The notes below the pieces were generated by a model, which worked only from the letters and a program-made list of their open reading frames with translations, made no database searches and was not told where the DNA came from. Shown in pieces: positions 23,095 to 33,379 of a stretch of DNA of 64,000 nt. Position numbers and translations under genes: made by a program. This DNA comes from Thermoanaerobaculia bacterium (GTDB lineage Bacteria > Acidobacteriota > Thermoanaerobaculia > Multivoradales > Multivoraceae). Within the stretch, counting starts at the first letter, position 1, and the number at the start of each line of letters is the position of its first letter. Location of the stretch: NCBI GenBank assembly GCA_963664405.1, contig OY761158.1:4128001-4192000 (forward strand), given 5' to 3'.

Positions 23095-24495
23095 ATGAGC
23101 GAGAAAGCTCTCGCCATGTTAGCGGCCGTCGTGCTTGCGCTCGCAGGGTTCCTCTGGTTCTTCGAGCGCGATCGGGCTTCCACCGACGAGCGCGAGGCAC
23201 AGAGCCGAATGCTGCTGAGGGTCGACCCGGATGAAGTCGCCGGCGTGGACCTAGTCTCCGTCGATCGCGAGATCTCCTTCGAGCGGGGCAGCCGCCTGAG
23301 GGCAGGAGAAGAGATCCGGCAGGACGCTGCGCAAGACGAAGAGAGTGGCGTCACGACTCGGGATAGATGGCGCTTGACGAGCCCACTGCAGGGTCCTGCC
23401 GACCATTTTGCGGTTGACGGACTGGTGAGGAGCCTGGCCGAGCTCGAGAAATCCCGGACACTGGATGATTTTCTGGCTCAGGACGTCGGCCTCGAGCCGC
23501 CACGCGCCACCGTGACGCTCCATTTTGCTGAGGGTGAGAGCGTCGGCGTCGAGGTGGGAGCTGAGGTTCCGGCTTCGCCTCAAATGGTCGTGCGCGTCGT
23601 GGGTAGAGGTGAGGCCCATGTTGTGTCGTCTTCGCTTTGGGCAAGCCTCGAAAAGGAGGTCGGAGATTGGCGGTCCAAGGAAGTCTTCGACGGCACTCGG
23701 GAGGACATTCGAACTGTTCGTCTCAGTCGGGACGGTGGCTCGGTTCTGCTGGAGCAACGAGAGAGTGGATTCTGGGTGGTCGAGCCCTTCGAGGACAGAG
23801 CCGACTCGGACAAGGTCGATTCTCTACTGCGAGAGATAACAGGAATGCGGGTAACCGATTTTCTCGACCCTTCGGCGGGCTTGAGCGAGCTGGGGTTGGA
23901 CCCACCTCGGGCCAGGGTCGAGGTGAGCGGTTACGGGATCGACGGCTTCTCCGTCGCCTGGGGAGATCAGGCTGCCGCGGGCGGCGCGAACAATGCTCGC
24001 GTCGACGATCTGGTATTTACGACGGTGGCGAATCTCGATGAGGCGCTCACCTACGAGAGTGAAGCCTGGAGATCGAAGAAGCTGAGCGCGTTCCCGGTAT
24101 ACCAGGTGGACGGAGTCGAAATAGAAGAAGCGGGAGAGCTCCTGGAGCTGACCCGTGACGAAGGATCCTGGCTTCGGGGCGACGACAGAATCGATTTCGC
24201 TGCAGTCAGCGACCTTCTGTACCAGATCAGCGAGGCAGTTGCCGAGCGCCTGGTGCCGGCGCCTCCGGCGGCGGAGCTGGGGATGGCGAGGCTGGTGATC
24301 CGTTACCGGTCGAGCTCAGGGGCGAGCGAGCGACTGGAGATCTTTGAAGAGACCTCCGCCGGTCTGACGCCCGCCCTGGTGGAGGGGCGCCCGATGCTAC
24401 TGCTGCTACCCTCTGGCGTCCTAAAAGAAATCGAAGGGAGGCTCATGGCGGTTCGCGAGGCGGAGGCCGTCGCCGATGAGCTCGAGCAGGGCTAG
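23095..24495 (+). CDS. DUF4340 domain protein
   Basis: N-terminal TM anchor, repeated W..P..AD/GLxPP units; usual position after gldAFG-like genes. Confidence 0.8.
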   Translation: MSEKALAMLAAVVLALAGFLWFFERDRASTDEREAQSRMLLRVDPDEVAGVDLVSVDREISFERGSRLRAGEEIRQDAAQDEESGVTTRDRWRLTSPLQGPADHFAVDGLVRSLAELEKSRTLDDFLAQDVGLEPPRATVTLHFAEGESVGVEVGAEVPASPQMVVRVVGRGEAHVVSSSLWASLEKEVGDWRSKEVFDGTREDIRTVRLSRDGGSVLLEQRESGFWVVEPFEDRADSDKVDSLLREITGMRVTDFLDPSAGLSELGLDPPRARVEVSGYGIDGFSVAWGDQAAAGGANNARVDDLVFTTVANLDEALTYESEAWRSKKLSAFPVYQVDGVEIEEAGELLELTRDEGSWLRGDDRIDFAAVSDLLYQISEAVAERLVPAPPAAELGMARLVIRYRSSSGASERLEIFEETSAGLTPALVEGRPMLLLLPSGVLKEIEGRLMAVREAEAVADELEQG

Positions 24496-24527
24496 AATAG
24501 GCCGTCATTTCAGGGAGGGCTTCAGGC

Positions 24528-25442
24528 ATGAAAAATTTGAAGGTTGTCCAACTCTCCGGCTCCCTCGGCGCCGAAGTCAGGGGAATCTCTCTGAAAGATG
24601 TGGGCGAGGATGAGGCCGAGGTCCTGCGCTCGCTGCTGATGGAGCACCTGGTCCTCTTCTTTCCGGAGCAGCATCTCGACGTCGATGATCACATCGCGTT
24701 CGGGCGACACTTTGGGCGGCTCGAAGCCCACCCGAACCTCGAGAATCCGTTCTCCGATCGTGCCGAGATCTTTGAGCTGGTAGCGAGCCGCGGCGGTGTG
24801 GCCGAGGAGTGGCACAGCGATATCACCTTCCAGGAAGAGCCCTCGATCTTCGCCGTCCTGCGGATGGTCAAGTGCCCCGTGGTTGGAGGCGACACGATGT
24901 GGGCGAATATGTACAAGGCCTTCGACGAGCTGTCACCGCCGTTGCAGGATCTGTGTCTCGGTCTCAGCGCTCTCCATGACGCAACCGCCCACGACATGCC
25001 GGAGAAGATGGCGATACATCCGGTGGTACGTGTGCATCCGGTGACCGGGCGCAAGTCTCTATTCGTGAACGAGCATTTCACCCGGCGCATTGTCGAGCTC
25101 AGTCATGAAGAGAGTAAGCACTTACTCGACTATCTGACGCGATGGGTGACCGATGCGCGTTTCACTGTGAGGTATCGCTGGAGCGAAGGCGACGTTGCCA
25201 TGTGGGACAATCGCTGTACTCAGCACTGCGTGCTCAACGACTTCGACGAAGAGCGGGCGATTCAACGAGTCACGGTGATGGGCGACCGACCCGAGCGGGC
25301 GAGCCCTCTGCGTTGGGAGCCCTATGTACGGGGCCGGAACCCGGGCGCGACCAGCCGCTACGACCGCCAGCTCAACGAGTTTCTTGGCCGCCAGGAGGCG
25401 AGCCTGGAGTCGAACCCGAGGTCCACAAAAACAGCGAGCTAA
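24528..25442 (+). CDS. TauD/TfdA family 2-oxoglutarate/Fe(II) dioxygenase
   Basis: [37 protein letters not shown]. Confidence 0.92.
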   Translation: MKNLKVVQLSGSLGAEVRGISLKDVGEDEAEVLRSLLMEHLVLFFPEQHLDVDDHIAFGRHFGRLEAHPNLENPFSDRAEIFELVASRGGVAEEWHSDITFQEEPSIFAVLRMVKCPVVGGDTMWANMYKAFDELSPPLQDLCLGLSALHDATAHDMPEKMAIHPVVRVHPVTGRKSLFVNEHFTRRIVELSHEESKHLLDYLTRWVTDARFTVRYRWSEGDVAMWDNRCTQHCVLNDFDEERAIQRVTVMGDRPERASPLRWEPYVRGRNPGATSRYDRQLNEFLGRQEASLESNPRSTKTAS

Positions 25443-27037
25443 ACGAAGACGCGCTCGTCGTGTTCGCCGTAGACCTGTCGAAGAACGTTGGAGATCTCTC
25501 CCAAGGTCACCTCGGCTCTGACACAGTCGAGGATTGGGGGTAGCAGGTTGACATCCTCGACGACGCCTCGGCGCAGAGCGCCGAGAGCTTCCTCCACCCG
25601 ATCGGAGCTCCGGCCGGCACGTAGCGCGGCGAGCCGCTCGACTTGCTCCTTTTCTGCTGCAGGGTCGATGGCCAGGATGTCGGGCAGCGTGCTCTCGTCC
25701 ACCGTATATTTGTTGACCCCGACGATGATCTGTTGCTCTTGCTCGATGGCCCGCTGAGTCTGATAGGCCGCCTCTGCGATCTCTCGCTGCTGAAATCCCT
25801 GTTCGATGGCTACTCGGGCACCCCCCATGTCGTCGATCTTGGCGATGTATGCGGCCGCTTCTCGGACGATGCGGTCGGTTGCCGCCTCTAGCGCCCAGGA
25901 TCCACCAAGGGGGTCGGTGGTGTCTGTTATTCCGCTCTCATGAGCCAGAATCTGCTGTGTTCGTAGAGCGATCAGGGCCGATTCTTCGGTGGGTAGGCCC
26001 AGAGCCTCGTCGCGGCCGTTGGTGTGTAGCGACTGGGTGCCTCCACAGACGGCCGCGAGCGCCTGAATGGCGACGCGTGCGATGTTGTTGTCCGACTGCT
26101 GCGCGGTGAGAGTCGAGCCGCCGGTCTGAGTGTGGAAGCGCAGCCAGCTCGATCGCGGGTTGGATGGGGAGTAGCGCTCTTCGATCGTTTCCGCCCATAG
26201 CCGCCTAGCGGCCCGGAACTTCGCTACTTCTTCGAGGAAGTCGTTGTGCGCGTTGAAGAAGAAGGAAAGGCGTGGCGCGAACTCATCGATAGTGAGCCCG
26301 CGTTCCAGTGCGGCCTCGACATAGCAGAGGCCATTGGCCAGGGTGAAGGCTACTTCTTGAGTGGCGGTACAGCCCGCTTCCCGCATGTGGTAGCCGGAGA
26401 TGGAGACCGGGTTCCACCGTGGCAGGCGCTCGGCGCAGAAGGCGATGACATCTGTGACCAGCTTCAGCGATGGGCCCGGAGGATATATGTAAGTGCCGCG
26501 TGCGGCGTACTCCTTGAGGATGTCGTTCTGCACCGTGCCGCCAAGCTTGCTGAGCTCGACGCCTTGTTCTTCCGCTACCGCGACATAGAGAGCCAGCAGA
26601 ATCGGCGCCGTCGAGTTGATGGTCATCGACGTGGTTACTCGGTCGAGCGGAATGCCGTCGAAAAGGGTTCGCATGTCGTGAATCGAGTCGATAGCGACAC
26701 CTACCCTCCCGACCTCACCCCTTGCTTCGGCGGCGTCTGAGTCGTACCCGATCTGGGTCGGGAGATCGAACGCTACCGACAAACCGCTAGTGCCCTGTTC
26801 CAAGAGGTATCGGTAGCGGCGATTCGACTCGGTTGCACTGGAGTAGCCGGCATATTGACGCATCGTCCAGAGCCGCCGCCGGTACATCTCCTCGTAGAGG
26901 CCGCGGGTAAAGGGATGCGCACCGGGGTCACCGATGGTGCTCTCATAGTTCAGCAGACGCTCGGGTCCGGGACGGTGGAACGGCGGATCGACGACGACGT
27001 CGTCGGTCGGTGTAGAGGAGGTTTTTTTCTCGGACAT
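25439..27037 (-). CDS. Methylmalonyl-CoA mutase family, large (substrate-binding) subunit
   Basis: [43 protein letters not shown]; no DxHxxG B12 domain. Confidence 0.93.
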   Translation of the reverse strand: MSEKKTSSTPTDDVVVDPPFHRPGPERLLNYESTIGDPGAHPFTRGLYEEMYRRRLWTMRQYAGYSSATESNRRYRYLLEQGTSGLSVAFDLPTQIGYDSDAAEARGEVGRVGVAIDSIHDMRTLFDGIPLDRVTTSMTINSTAPILLALYVAVAEEQGVELSKLGGTVQNDILKEYAARGTYIYPPGPSLKLVTDVIAFCAERLPRWNPVSISGYHMREAGCTATQEVAFTLANGLCYVEAALERGLTIDEFAPRLSFFFNAHNDFLEEVAKFRAARRLWAETIEERYSPSNPRSSWLRFHTQTGGSTLTAQQSDNNIARVAIQALAAVCGGTQSLHTNGRDEALGLPTEESALIALRTQQILAHESGITDTTDPLGGSWALEAATDRIVREAAAYIAKIDDMGGARVAIEQGFQQREIAEAAYQTQRAIEQEQQIIVGVNKYTVDESTLPDILAIDPAAEKEQVERLAALRAGRSSDRVEEALGALRRGVVEDVNLLPPILDCVRAEVTLGEISNVLRQVYGEHDERVFV

Positions 27038-27153
27038 CGAAGCCGGAGTATACAGCGGGAACAGGCCTCGAATCGTGCTCGAGGAGAGGTCCCTGGGGCC
27101 GAGAGAGCCCTCCATTACTGGCCTTTTCTAGGTACTCCTCACTTTGAGCCCTC

Positions 27154-27201
27154 CAACTATCTGTAGGGGGTGTGTGGCGCGAATACCCCAATATCTAGTA
27201 T
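27154..27201 (+). promoter_or_regulatory. Tandem NrdR boxes
   Basis: CTATCTGTAG (27157) and CAATATCTAG (27189), 32 bp apart, matching the CwAtATaTwG core, upstream of RNR. Confidence 0.75.
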
Positions 27202-27209
27202 GAGAGTCC

Positions 27210-27238
27210 TTGACTTCGCTCTTTTATGAAGGTACTTT
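27210..27238 (+). promoter_or_regulatory. sigma70 promoter of nrdJ
   Basis: TTGACT-N17-TACTTT. Confidence 0.6.
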
Positions 27239-27328
27239 AGGAGAATCCGTCGAACGAGCAAGCAGGGACGGAGCTCGAGGCTCCTCAGCCCCTCCCTGCC
27301 GCCGAACTGAAGAGGTTACTGGGAGATT

Positions 27329-30127
27329 ATGGCCGAACCTATTGTCCCTTCTCACCCCGCACAAGCCGAAGCTAGAACAGAGTCAGAGGCATCACGATCC
27401 CAGGTCGTGAGTGCCGACAGCAACCGCGAGGGCGTTCGGGTCGAACGCCTCTTCACCGAAGTAGGTGTCGATCCCTTCGATGCGGTTGGCTGGGAGCGGA
27501 GAGATGCGCTCATCGTCAATGAGAAGGGCGAGGTGGTCTTCGAGCAGAAGGACGTCGAGGTGCCGGAGTTCTGGTCTCAGACTGCCACTAATGTGGTCGT
27601 CAGCAAGTACTTCCGTGGGCATCTCGGTGCCCCGGATCGAGAGACGAGCGTTCGGCAATTGATCTCTCGTGTGTCCGACACCATCACCGATTGGGGCATC
27701 AAGTGTGGTTACTTCGCCACTGCCGAAGATGGCGAGATCTTTCGACACGAGCTCAGCCACATCTTGTTGAACCAGAAGGCCTGTTTCAACTCACCGGTAT
27801 GGTTCAACGTCGGAGCCGAGGCGGAGCCGCAGTGTTCGGCGTGTTTCATCAACTCGGTCGAGGACACCATGCAGTCGATTCTCGAGTTGGCGAAGACCGA
27901 GGGCATGCTCTTCAAGTTCGGCTCGGGTGCGGGGAGCAATCTGTCCCCGATTCGTTCGTCGAGGGAGTTGCTCGCCGGCGGTGGTACCGCTTCGGGTCCG
28001 GTCTCCTTCATGAAGGGCTTCGATGCCTTTGCCGGCGTGATCAAGAGCGGTGGAAAGACCCGGCGGGCGGCGAAGATGGTGATGCTCGATGTCGATCACC
28101 CCGACATCGTCGAGTTCATTCGTTGCAAGGAGCTCGAAGAACGTAAGGCATGGGCGTTGATCGATGCCGGCTTCGACGGTGGTTTCAACGTACCTGGCGG
28201 GGCTTACGATTCGGTTGCCTACCAGAACGCCAACCACTCGGTGCGAGTGAGTGACGAGTTCATGGCCGCATCTGCCGAGGGCGCAGAGTGGCATACACGG
28301 GCAGTGACCGACGGAGAGGTGATCGACACTTATGCTGCGGATGAACTGTCGACGATGATCGCCGAGTCGGCGTGGGCGTGCGGCGACCCTGGGATTCAGT
28401 TCGATACCACCATCAACGACTGGCACACTTGCGCCAACACCGATCGCATTCACGCCTCGAATCCGTGCAGCGAGTACATGTTCCTGAACGATTCGGCTTG
28501 CAACCTGGCCTCTCTGAATCTCATGCGTTTCTACGACGCGGAGAGCGGTTTCGATGTGGCCAGCTTCGGCCACGCCTGTGAGGTGATCATCACTGCGCAG
28601 GAGATCATGGTTGACAACGCGTCCTACCCGACTCCGGCGATCGCTCGCAACTCTCACAGTTTTCGACCCTTAGGCTTGGGGTACGCCAATCTCGGAGCGC
28701 TGTTGATGGCTCGGGGCCTGCCCTACGACTCGGATGCGGGTCGAGGTTACGCGGCGGCGATCACCGCGCTGATGTCGGGAGTCGCCTACGCGCAGTCGGC
28801 GCGCATCGCCGAGGCGATGGGACCGTTTGCCGGCTTCCACGAGAATCGCGAGCCGATGATGCGGGTCATGCGCAAGCATCGCGACGCTCTGAAGCGCGTT
28901 GATGCGGCGCATGCCCCGCTCGCCATGTTGCAGGCGGCACGCGCGTCTTGGGACGAGGTGGTCGAGAGAGGCGATCGCTCGGGCCTGCGCAATAGTCAGA
29001 TCTCGGTGCTCGCCCCCACCGGAACGATTGCCTTCATGATGGATTGCGACACCACGGGAGTCGAGCCAGACATCGCGCTCGTCAAGTACAAGAAGCTCGT
29101 CGGTGGCGGTTTGATCAAGATCGTAAACAACACCGTGCCGTCGGCGCTCGCACGGCTCGGCTACGACAAGGAAGAGGTCCGCAACATCGTCGAGTACATC
29201 GACGAGAACGAGACCATCGAGGGTGCGGATGATCTCGCCGACGAGCATCTTCCGGTCTTCGACTGTGCCTTCAAGCCTGCCAACGGCTCCCGGTCTATCC
29301 ACTATGGCGGCCACCTGAAGATGCTCGGAGCTGTTCAGCCCTTCATTTCCGGCGCCATCTCCAAGACGATCAACATGCCGGAGACCTCCACCGTCGACGA
29401 CATCTTGAGTGCTTACAGGGAAGGGTGGCAGATGGGTCTCAAGGCGGTCGCGATTTATCGCGACGGCTGCAAGCGCAGCCAGCCTCTCTCGACCAAGAAG
29501 GAGGAGATCGGGGCTGGGCTCGAGGCGGTTGTTGATGCTCGCGCTCGAGATGGGGTCAGTCGGGTCAAGTTGCCGGATGAGCGCGCGGCGATCACCCACA
29601 AGTTCTCGATCAATGGGCACGAGGGGTACCTGACCGTCGGCCTCTACGAGAACGGACAGCCCGGCGAGATCTTCCTCACCATGGCGAAGCAGGGCTCGAC
29701 CGTATCGGGGTTGGTCGATGCATTCGCCATCTTGATCTCGATCGCCTTGCAGTATGGCGTTCCGCTGAAGACCCTTGTCGACAAGTTCAGCCACACTCGC
29801 TTCGAACCATCCGGCTTCACCAAGAATCCCGAGATACCGATGGCGAAGTCGATCACCGACTACGTTTTCCGGTGGTTGGCCTCGAAGTTCCTCAGCAGTG
29901 TCGAGCAGCAGCAGGTCGGCGTGATCATGCGCGACCCGCCGGTCGTGTCTGGTAGCGAAGGCGAAGCTGCTGATGTGGGGCCGCGATCCATTCCGGATGC
30001 GGCTATGCAAGCCACCTTTTTGAACTCGCAGGATGCTCCCAGTTGTCACGCCTGTGGCTCGATCATGGTGCGCAACGGCAGCTGCTACAAATGTCTCGAT
30101 TGTGGGGAGACCAGCGGCTGTTCTTGA
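27329..30127 (+). CDS. nrdJ: Class II (B12-dependent) ribonucleotide reductase
   Basis: FNSPVWFN, QCSACFI, GGKTRRAA, NPCSEY, CNLASLNL, APTGT, C-terminal Zn ribbon and TSGCS. Confidence 0.95.
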   Translation: MAEPIVPSHPAQAEARTESEASRSQVVSADSNREGVRVERLFTEVGVDPFDAVGWERRDALIVNEKGEVVFEQKDVEVPEFWSQTATNVVVSKYFRGHLGAPDRETSVRQLISRVSDTITDWGIKCGYFATAEDGEIFRHELSHILLNQKACFNSPVWFNVGAEAEPQCSACFINSVEDTMQSILELAKTEGMLFKFGSGAGSNLSPIRSSRELLAGGGTASGPVSFMKGFDAFAGVIKSGGKTRRAAKMVMLDVDHPDIVEFIRCKELEERKAWALIDAGFDGGFNVPGGAYDSVAYQNANHSVRVSDEFMAASAEGAEWHTRAVTDGEVIDTYAADELSTMIAESAWACGDPGIQFDTTINDWHTCANTDRIHASNPCSEYMFLNDSACNLASLNLMRFYDAESGFDVASFGHACEVIITAQEIMVDNASYPTPAIARNSHSFRPLGLGYANLGALLMARGLPYDSDAGRGYAAAITALMSGVAYAQSARIAEAMGPFAGFHENREPMMRVMRKHRDALKRVDAAHAPLAMLQAARASWDEVVERGDRSGLRNSQISVLAPTGTIAFMMDCDTTGVEPDIALVKYKKLVGGGLIKIVNNTVPSALARLGYDKEEVRNIVEYIDENETIEGADDLADEHLPVFDCAFKPANGSRSIHYGGHLKMLGAVQPFISGAISKTINMPETSTVDDILSAYREGWQMGLKAVAIYRDGCKRSQPLSTKKEEIGAGLEAVVDARARDGVSRVKLPDERAAITHKFSINGHEGYLTVGLYENGQPGEIFLTMAKQGSTVSGLVDAFAILISIALQYGVPLKTLVDKFSHTRFEPSGFTKNPEIPMAKSITDYVFRWLASKFLSSVEQQQVGVIMRDPPVVSGSEGEAADVGPRSIPDAAMQATFLNSQDAPSCHACGSIMVRNGSCYKCLDCGETSGCS

Positions 30128-30163
30128 GCCTGATGGCGCTGTTCATCCCCGGCTTGATGGCAT

Positions 30164-30730
30164 ATGCTGACGGGTGTGAATGGGTCTGCTGAGAGGCGCT
30201 CCTCTCTCTGGTTACCGCTGGTTGCGGGTGCCCTGCTGAGTGCGCTGGCCGCGTATGCAGGGTGGACGCTCGGCTCTGTCAACGTGAGGGCAGCATCGCC
30301 TCCGAGCACGGATGAGTGGCCCGCAATTCTCACCGACTTTCGGCTTCCGACCCTGGACGGAAACGAAGTGGGGCCGTCGGATTTCGAGGGTCAGGTCTTG
30401 GTGGTCGACTTCTGGGCCACCTGGTGTGCCCCTTGTCGGGTTCAGGCCAGGATCCTCGAGCCGCTCTGGGAGGAGTGGCGTGGCGACGGTGTCCAGTTTC
30501 TGGCGATCAGCCTCGGCGAAGAGAGAGAGACTGTGGCCACTTACGTGGAGAAGTTCCCCTTTCCTTATCCGGTGCTCTACGACACCCGTGACAACGTAGC
30601 CACCGAGGCTGACATCTACGCTCTACCGACGATGATGATTATCGACAAGGCGGGTGAGGTAGCGTACTTGCAGTCAGGGCTCTCGGACGCCAACACCATT
30701 CGCGGGGCGGTCGAAAGTGCGCGACTCTGA
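30164..30730 (+). CDS. TlpA/ResA-like thiol-disulfide oxidoreductase
   Basis: VVDFWATWCAPC, N-terminal TM anchor. Confidence 0.88.
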   Translation: MLTGVNGSAERRSSLWLPLVAGALLSALAAYAGWTLGSVNVRAASPPSTDEWPAILTDFRLPTLDGNEVGPSDFEGQVLVVDFWATWCAPCRVQARILEPLWEEWRGDGVQFLAISLGEERETVATYVEKFPFPYPVLYDTRDNVATEADIYALPTMMIIDKAGEVAYLQSGLSDANTIRGAVESARL

Positions 30731-31016
30731 GGGTCGGAAAATCGACCTCGAGGGCTACTCCGGGGTCAATGTCAGGAACATTTCCGTAAAGTGTGGGCAG
30801 TGCAAGAGTTATCAGACTCTCTCCGGCTTTGAGCAGGGAGAAGATTGGAACGTCTACACCTACGAATGTGAGGATGGACTCTGTGACCCTGCCCTCACCC
30901 GCACGTTGATTGAAGTGCCGCGAGAGCTGGACGAGTTTGCGAGGCGCGATCCGACTTGGCGCGGTGGCAAGCAACATGCCGGCTCCGACCACGACTCCGA
31001 AGCTCCGAGCGGATAG
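30717..31016 (+). CDS. Small Cys-rich hypothetical protein (possible Zn finger)
   Basis: CGQC...CEDGLC; fills the gap in a co-oriented run. Confidence 0.65.
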   Translation: MRDSEGRKIDLEGYSGVNVRNISVKCGQCKSYQTLSGFEQGEDWNVYTYECEDGLCDPALTRTLIEVPRELDEFARRDPTWRGGKQHAGSDHDSEAPSG

Positions 31017-31050
31017 ATAACCGCTATTTCCCTTCAGCGAGGAAAGAAGT

Positions 31051-32115
31051 ATGGCGACGATAGTTCATATCGTGGGGACCGGTACGATCGGGGAGCCTTT
31101 GATCGGGCTCTTTGCGGATCTTGGCGAGCGAATGGGCGTGGACGAAGTTACGTTCCACAAGCGCACTCCCTTGGTGTCGGATCGAGCGAAGCTCAACCAC
31201 TTGATCCAGCGCGGTGCCAAGCTCGCGGTCAGTCCTGGTGTTAACAAAGACTTCGAGGATCTTGGGCACAAGGTCACATTCGAGTCAGAAGAGGCTCTCG
31301 ACCGGGCCACGGTCGTGATCGACTGCACTCCGGCAGGCAATCAGAACAAAGGGCGCTTGTATCAACACTCCAGCGGGCCCAACGGCTTTCTTGCGCAGGG
31401 CAGCGAGTTTGGGTTCGGCAAGCCCTACGCACGCGGCATCAACGAGGAGGTCCTCGATAGCCAGGAAGATCGTTTCGTTCAGATCGTTTCCTGCAACACC
31501 CACAACATCGTCACCTTGATCAAGACCCTGTGCTTCGATGGTGTAGGGGGTTATGGGCTGGAGCGTTCCAACTTCGTTTGCATTCGCCGTGCCAACGACG
31601 TGAGTCAGGCGGAGAGCTTCGTGCCTTCCCCCAGGGTGGGTCTCCATGACGATCCGGAGTTCGGTACCCACCACGCTCGGGATGCTCATCATCTGTTTCA
31701 GACCCTTGGCAAGGACCTCGATATCTTCTCGAGCACTCTCAAGGTGAACACTCAGTACATGCACTCGATCTGGTTCCACATCACTGTCGACAGGCCGACC
31801 AGTCTCGAGGAAGTGGTGGCGAAGCTCCATGCCAATCCCAGGGTGGCGATGACGGAGAAGCGCGACGCCAATCTCATTTTCAGTTTTGGCAGGGACCACG
31901 GTTACTACGGGCGGATCCTCTCTCAGACGGTGGTGGTTGTGCCCACGCTGGCCGTTCGACGGGAGCGTGAGATCTACGGTTTCTGCTTTACGCCGCAGGA
32001 CGGCAACTCATTGATGTCCTCGATTGCGGCTGCCCTCTGGCGCATAGAGACGAACTGGGAGACGGTCTCAGAGCGCTTGACTCCGCTGCGGCGCTGGCTC
32101 TTCAGCGAGATCTAG
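31051..32115 (+). CDS. Archaeal-type (type II) GAPDH-like dehydrogenase
   Basis: GTGTIG Rossmann motif, VIDCTP.G, VSCNTH, IRRAND, THHARDA. Confidence 0.75.
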   Translation: MATIVHIVGTGTIGEPLIGLFADLGERMGVDEVTFHKRTPLVSDRAKLNHLIQRGAKLAVSPGVNKDFEDLGHKVTFESEEALDRATVVIDCTPAGNQNKGRLYQHSSGPNGFLAQGSEFGFGKPYARGINEEVLDSQEDRFVQIVSCNTHNIVTLIKTLCFDGVGGYGLERSNFVCIRRANDVSQAESFVPSPRVGLHDDPEFGTHHARDAHHLFQTLGKDLDIFSSTLKVNTQYMHSIWFHITVDRPTSLEEVVAKLHANPRVAMTEKRDANLIFSFGRDHGYYGRILSQTVVVVPTLAVRREREIYGFCFTPQDGNSLMSSIAAALWRIETNWETVSERLTPLRRWLFSEI

Positions 32116-32165
32116 AGCGCGCCTCGAGTACGGTCTCTAGCTCTCCCGGGATAGGCTGCAACGCG

Positions 32166-33365
32166 ATGAGTGAGGCGCATCATCGTTCCGCGACCTCTAT
32201 CGCTGCCTTCTCGGAGATGGAGGTAGTGGTGGATCGATTAGTCGCGGGGGGCGAGGGGCTTGCCCGCTACCAGGGCGTGCCGATATTCATACCGCTATCG
32301 GCTCCTGGCGACCGAGTGCTGGTAAACGTCGTGGAGCGGCATACCGATTACGCTCGCGCCGAGATCGTCCGTGTCCTCGAGCCCGGTCCAACCCGGCGCG
32401 CGGCTCCGTGCCCGGTCTTCGGGTTGTGCGGCGGCTGTGATCTTCAGCACATTGCCGATGAAGAGCAGGGCCGGCTGAAGGTGGAGGCTGCCCTCGAGGC
32501 CCTACGAAGGTTGGGTGGAATTCACCAACCACCTGAGGTTCGGATGATCGCGGGCTCTTCGTGGGCTTATCGTTTGCGTACGCAGGTGAGGCTCGAAGAA
32601 GATCTCGAGGGGGTCCGAGCCGGCTATTTCGGCCGCGGCAGCCACATGCTCGTGCCGGTTAGCGAGTGCCCGATACTGGTTCCTGATCTGGAGCGGGAGC
32701 TGGCGGAGCTACCCACCGTTGTACCTGTCGGGGGGCCTCGTCGTATCGACTTGGCGGCGGGAGACGACGGTACCGTAGTGGCGGCGCCTCCCGTTGAAGG
32801 CCTTTCTCGAGGTTCTGTATTTCGGGATGTCGGTCGCTACCGTTACGAATACGATGCTCGGGTCTTCTTTCAGGGACACGCCGGTCTCCTTGCCGATCTG
32901 GTGCGGGAGGTTTGTGGCCCTTGGCGTGGCGAAAAGCTTGTCGAGCTCTTCGCCGGCGTCGGTCTTCTAACTCTCCCGCTCGCGGCTCGTTACGGTCAGG
33001 TGATCGCAGTGGAATCAGACCGGGTCGCGAGCCGTTTACTGAAGAAGAACGCTCGCTCGAACGGGCTGAAGAACGTCGAGGTTGTGTCGCGCTCCGTTGA
33101 CTATTTCGTTCGGCACTTCGGCGGCGCCGCGGATCGAGTCGTCGTCGACCCACCTCGCAGCGGGCTTCATGTTCTGACTCGGATGGCCATAGTGAAATCG
33201 AGGGCGACGCGGCTGACCTACTTATCCTGCCATCCGGCGTCTCTTGCCCGCGATCTGAAGGACCTGTTGGCGACCTTCGAGCTCGAGAGCCTTTGCTTCT
33301 TCGACATGTTCCCTCAGACGGGTCACATCGAGACCTTGGCGCAGCTGGTGAGGAAGGCCGGCTGA
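32166..33365 (+). CDS. TrmA/RlmD-family RNA (uracil-5)-methyltransferase
   Basis: TRAM domain, CPVFGLCGGC, ELFAGVG, VDPPRSG, YLSCHP, DMFPQTGHIE. Confidence 0.92.
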   Translation: MSEAHHRSATSIAAFSEMEVVVDRLVAGGEGLARYQGVPIFIPLSAPGDRVLVNVVERHTDYARAEIVRVLEPGPTRRAAPCPVFGLCGGCDLQHIADEEQGRLKVEAALEALRRLGGIHQPPEVRMIAGSSWAYRLRTQVRLEEDLEGVRAGYFGRGSHMLVPVSECPILVPDLERELAELPTVVPVGGPRRIDLAAGDDGTVVAAPPVEGLSRGSVFRDVGRYRYEYDARVFFQGHAGLLADLVREVCGPWRGEKLVELFAGVGLLTLPLAARYGQVIAVESDRVASRLLKKNARSNGLKNVEVVSRSVDYFVRHFGGAADRVVVDPPRSGLHVLTRMAIVKSRATRLTYLSCHPASLARDLKDLLATFELESLCFFDMFPQTGHIETLAQLVRKAG

Positions 33366-33379
33366 TAGCGTTGGAGACC

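Noticed and set aside
27040-27328. Cobalamin riboswitch between two B12 enzymes
   Set aside because: No recognisable B12-box or core motifs; the space is taken by NrdR boxes and a promoter.
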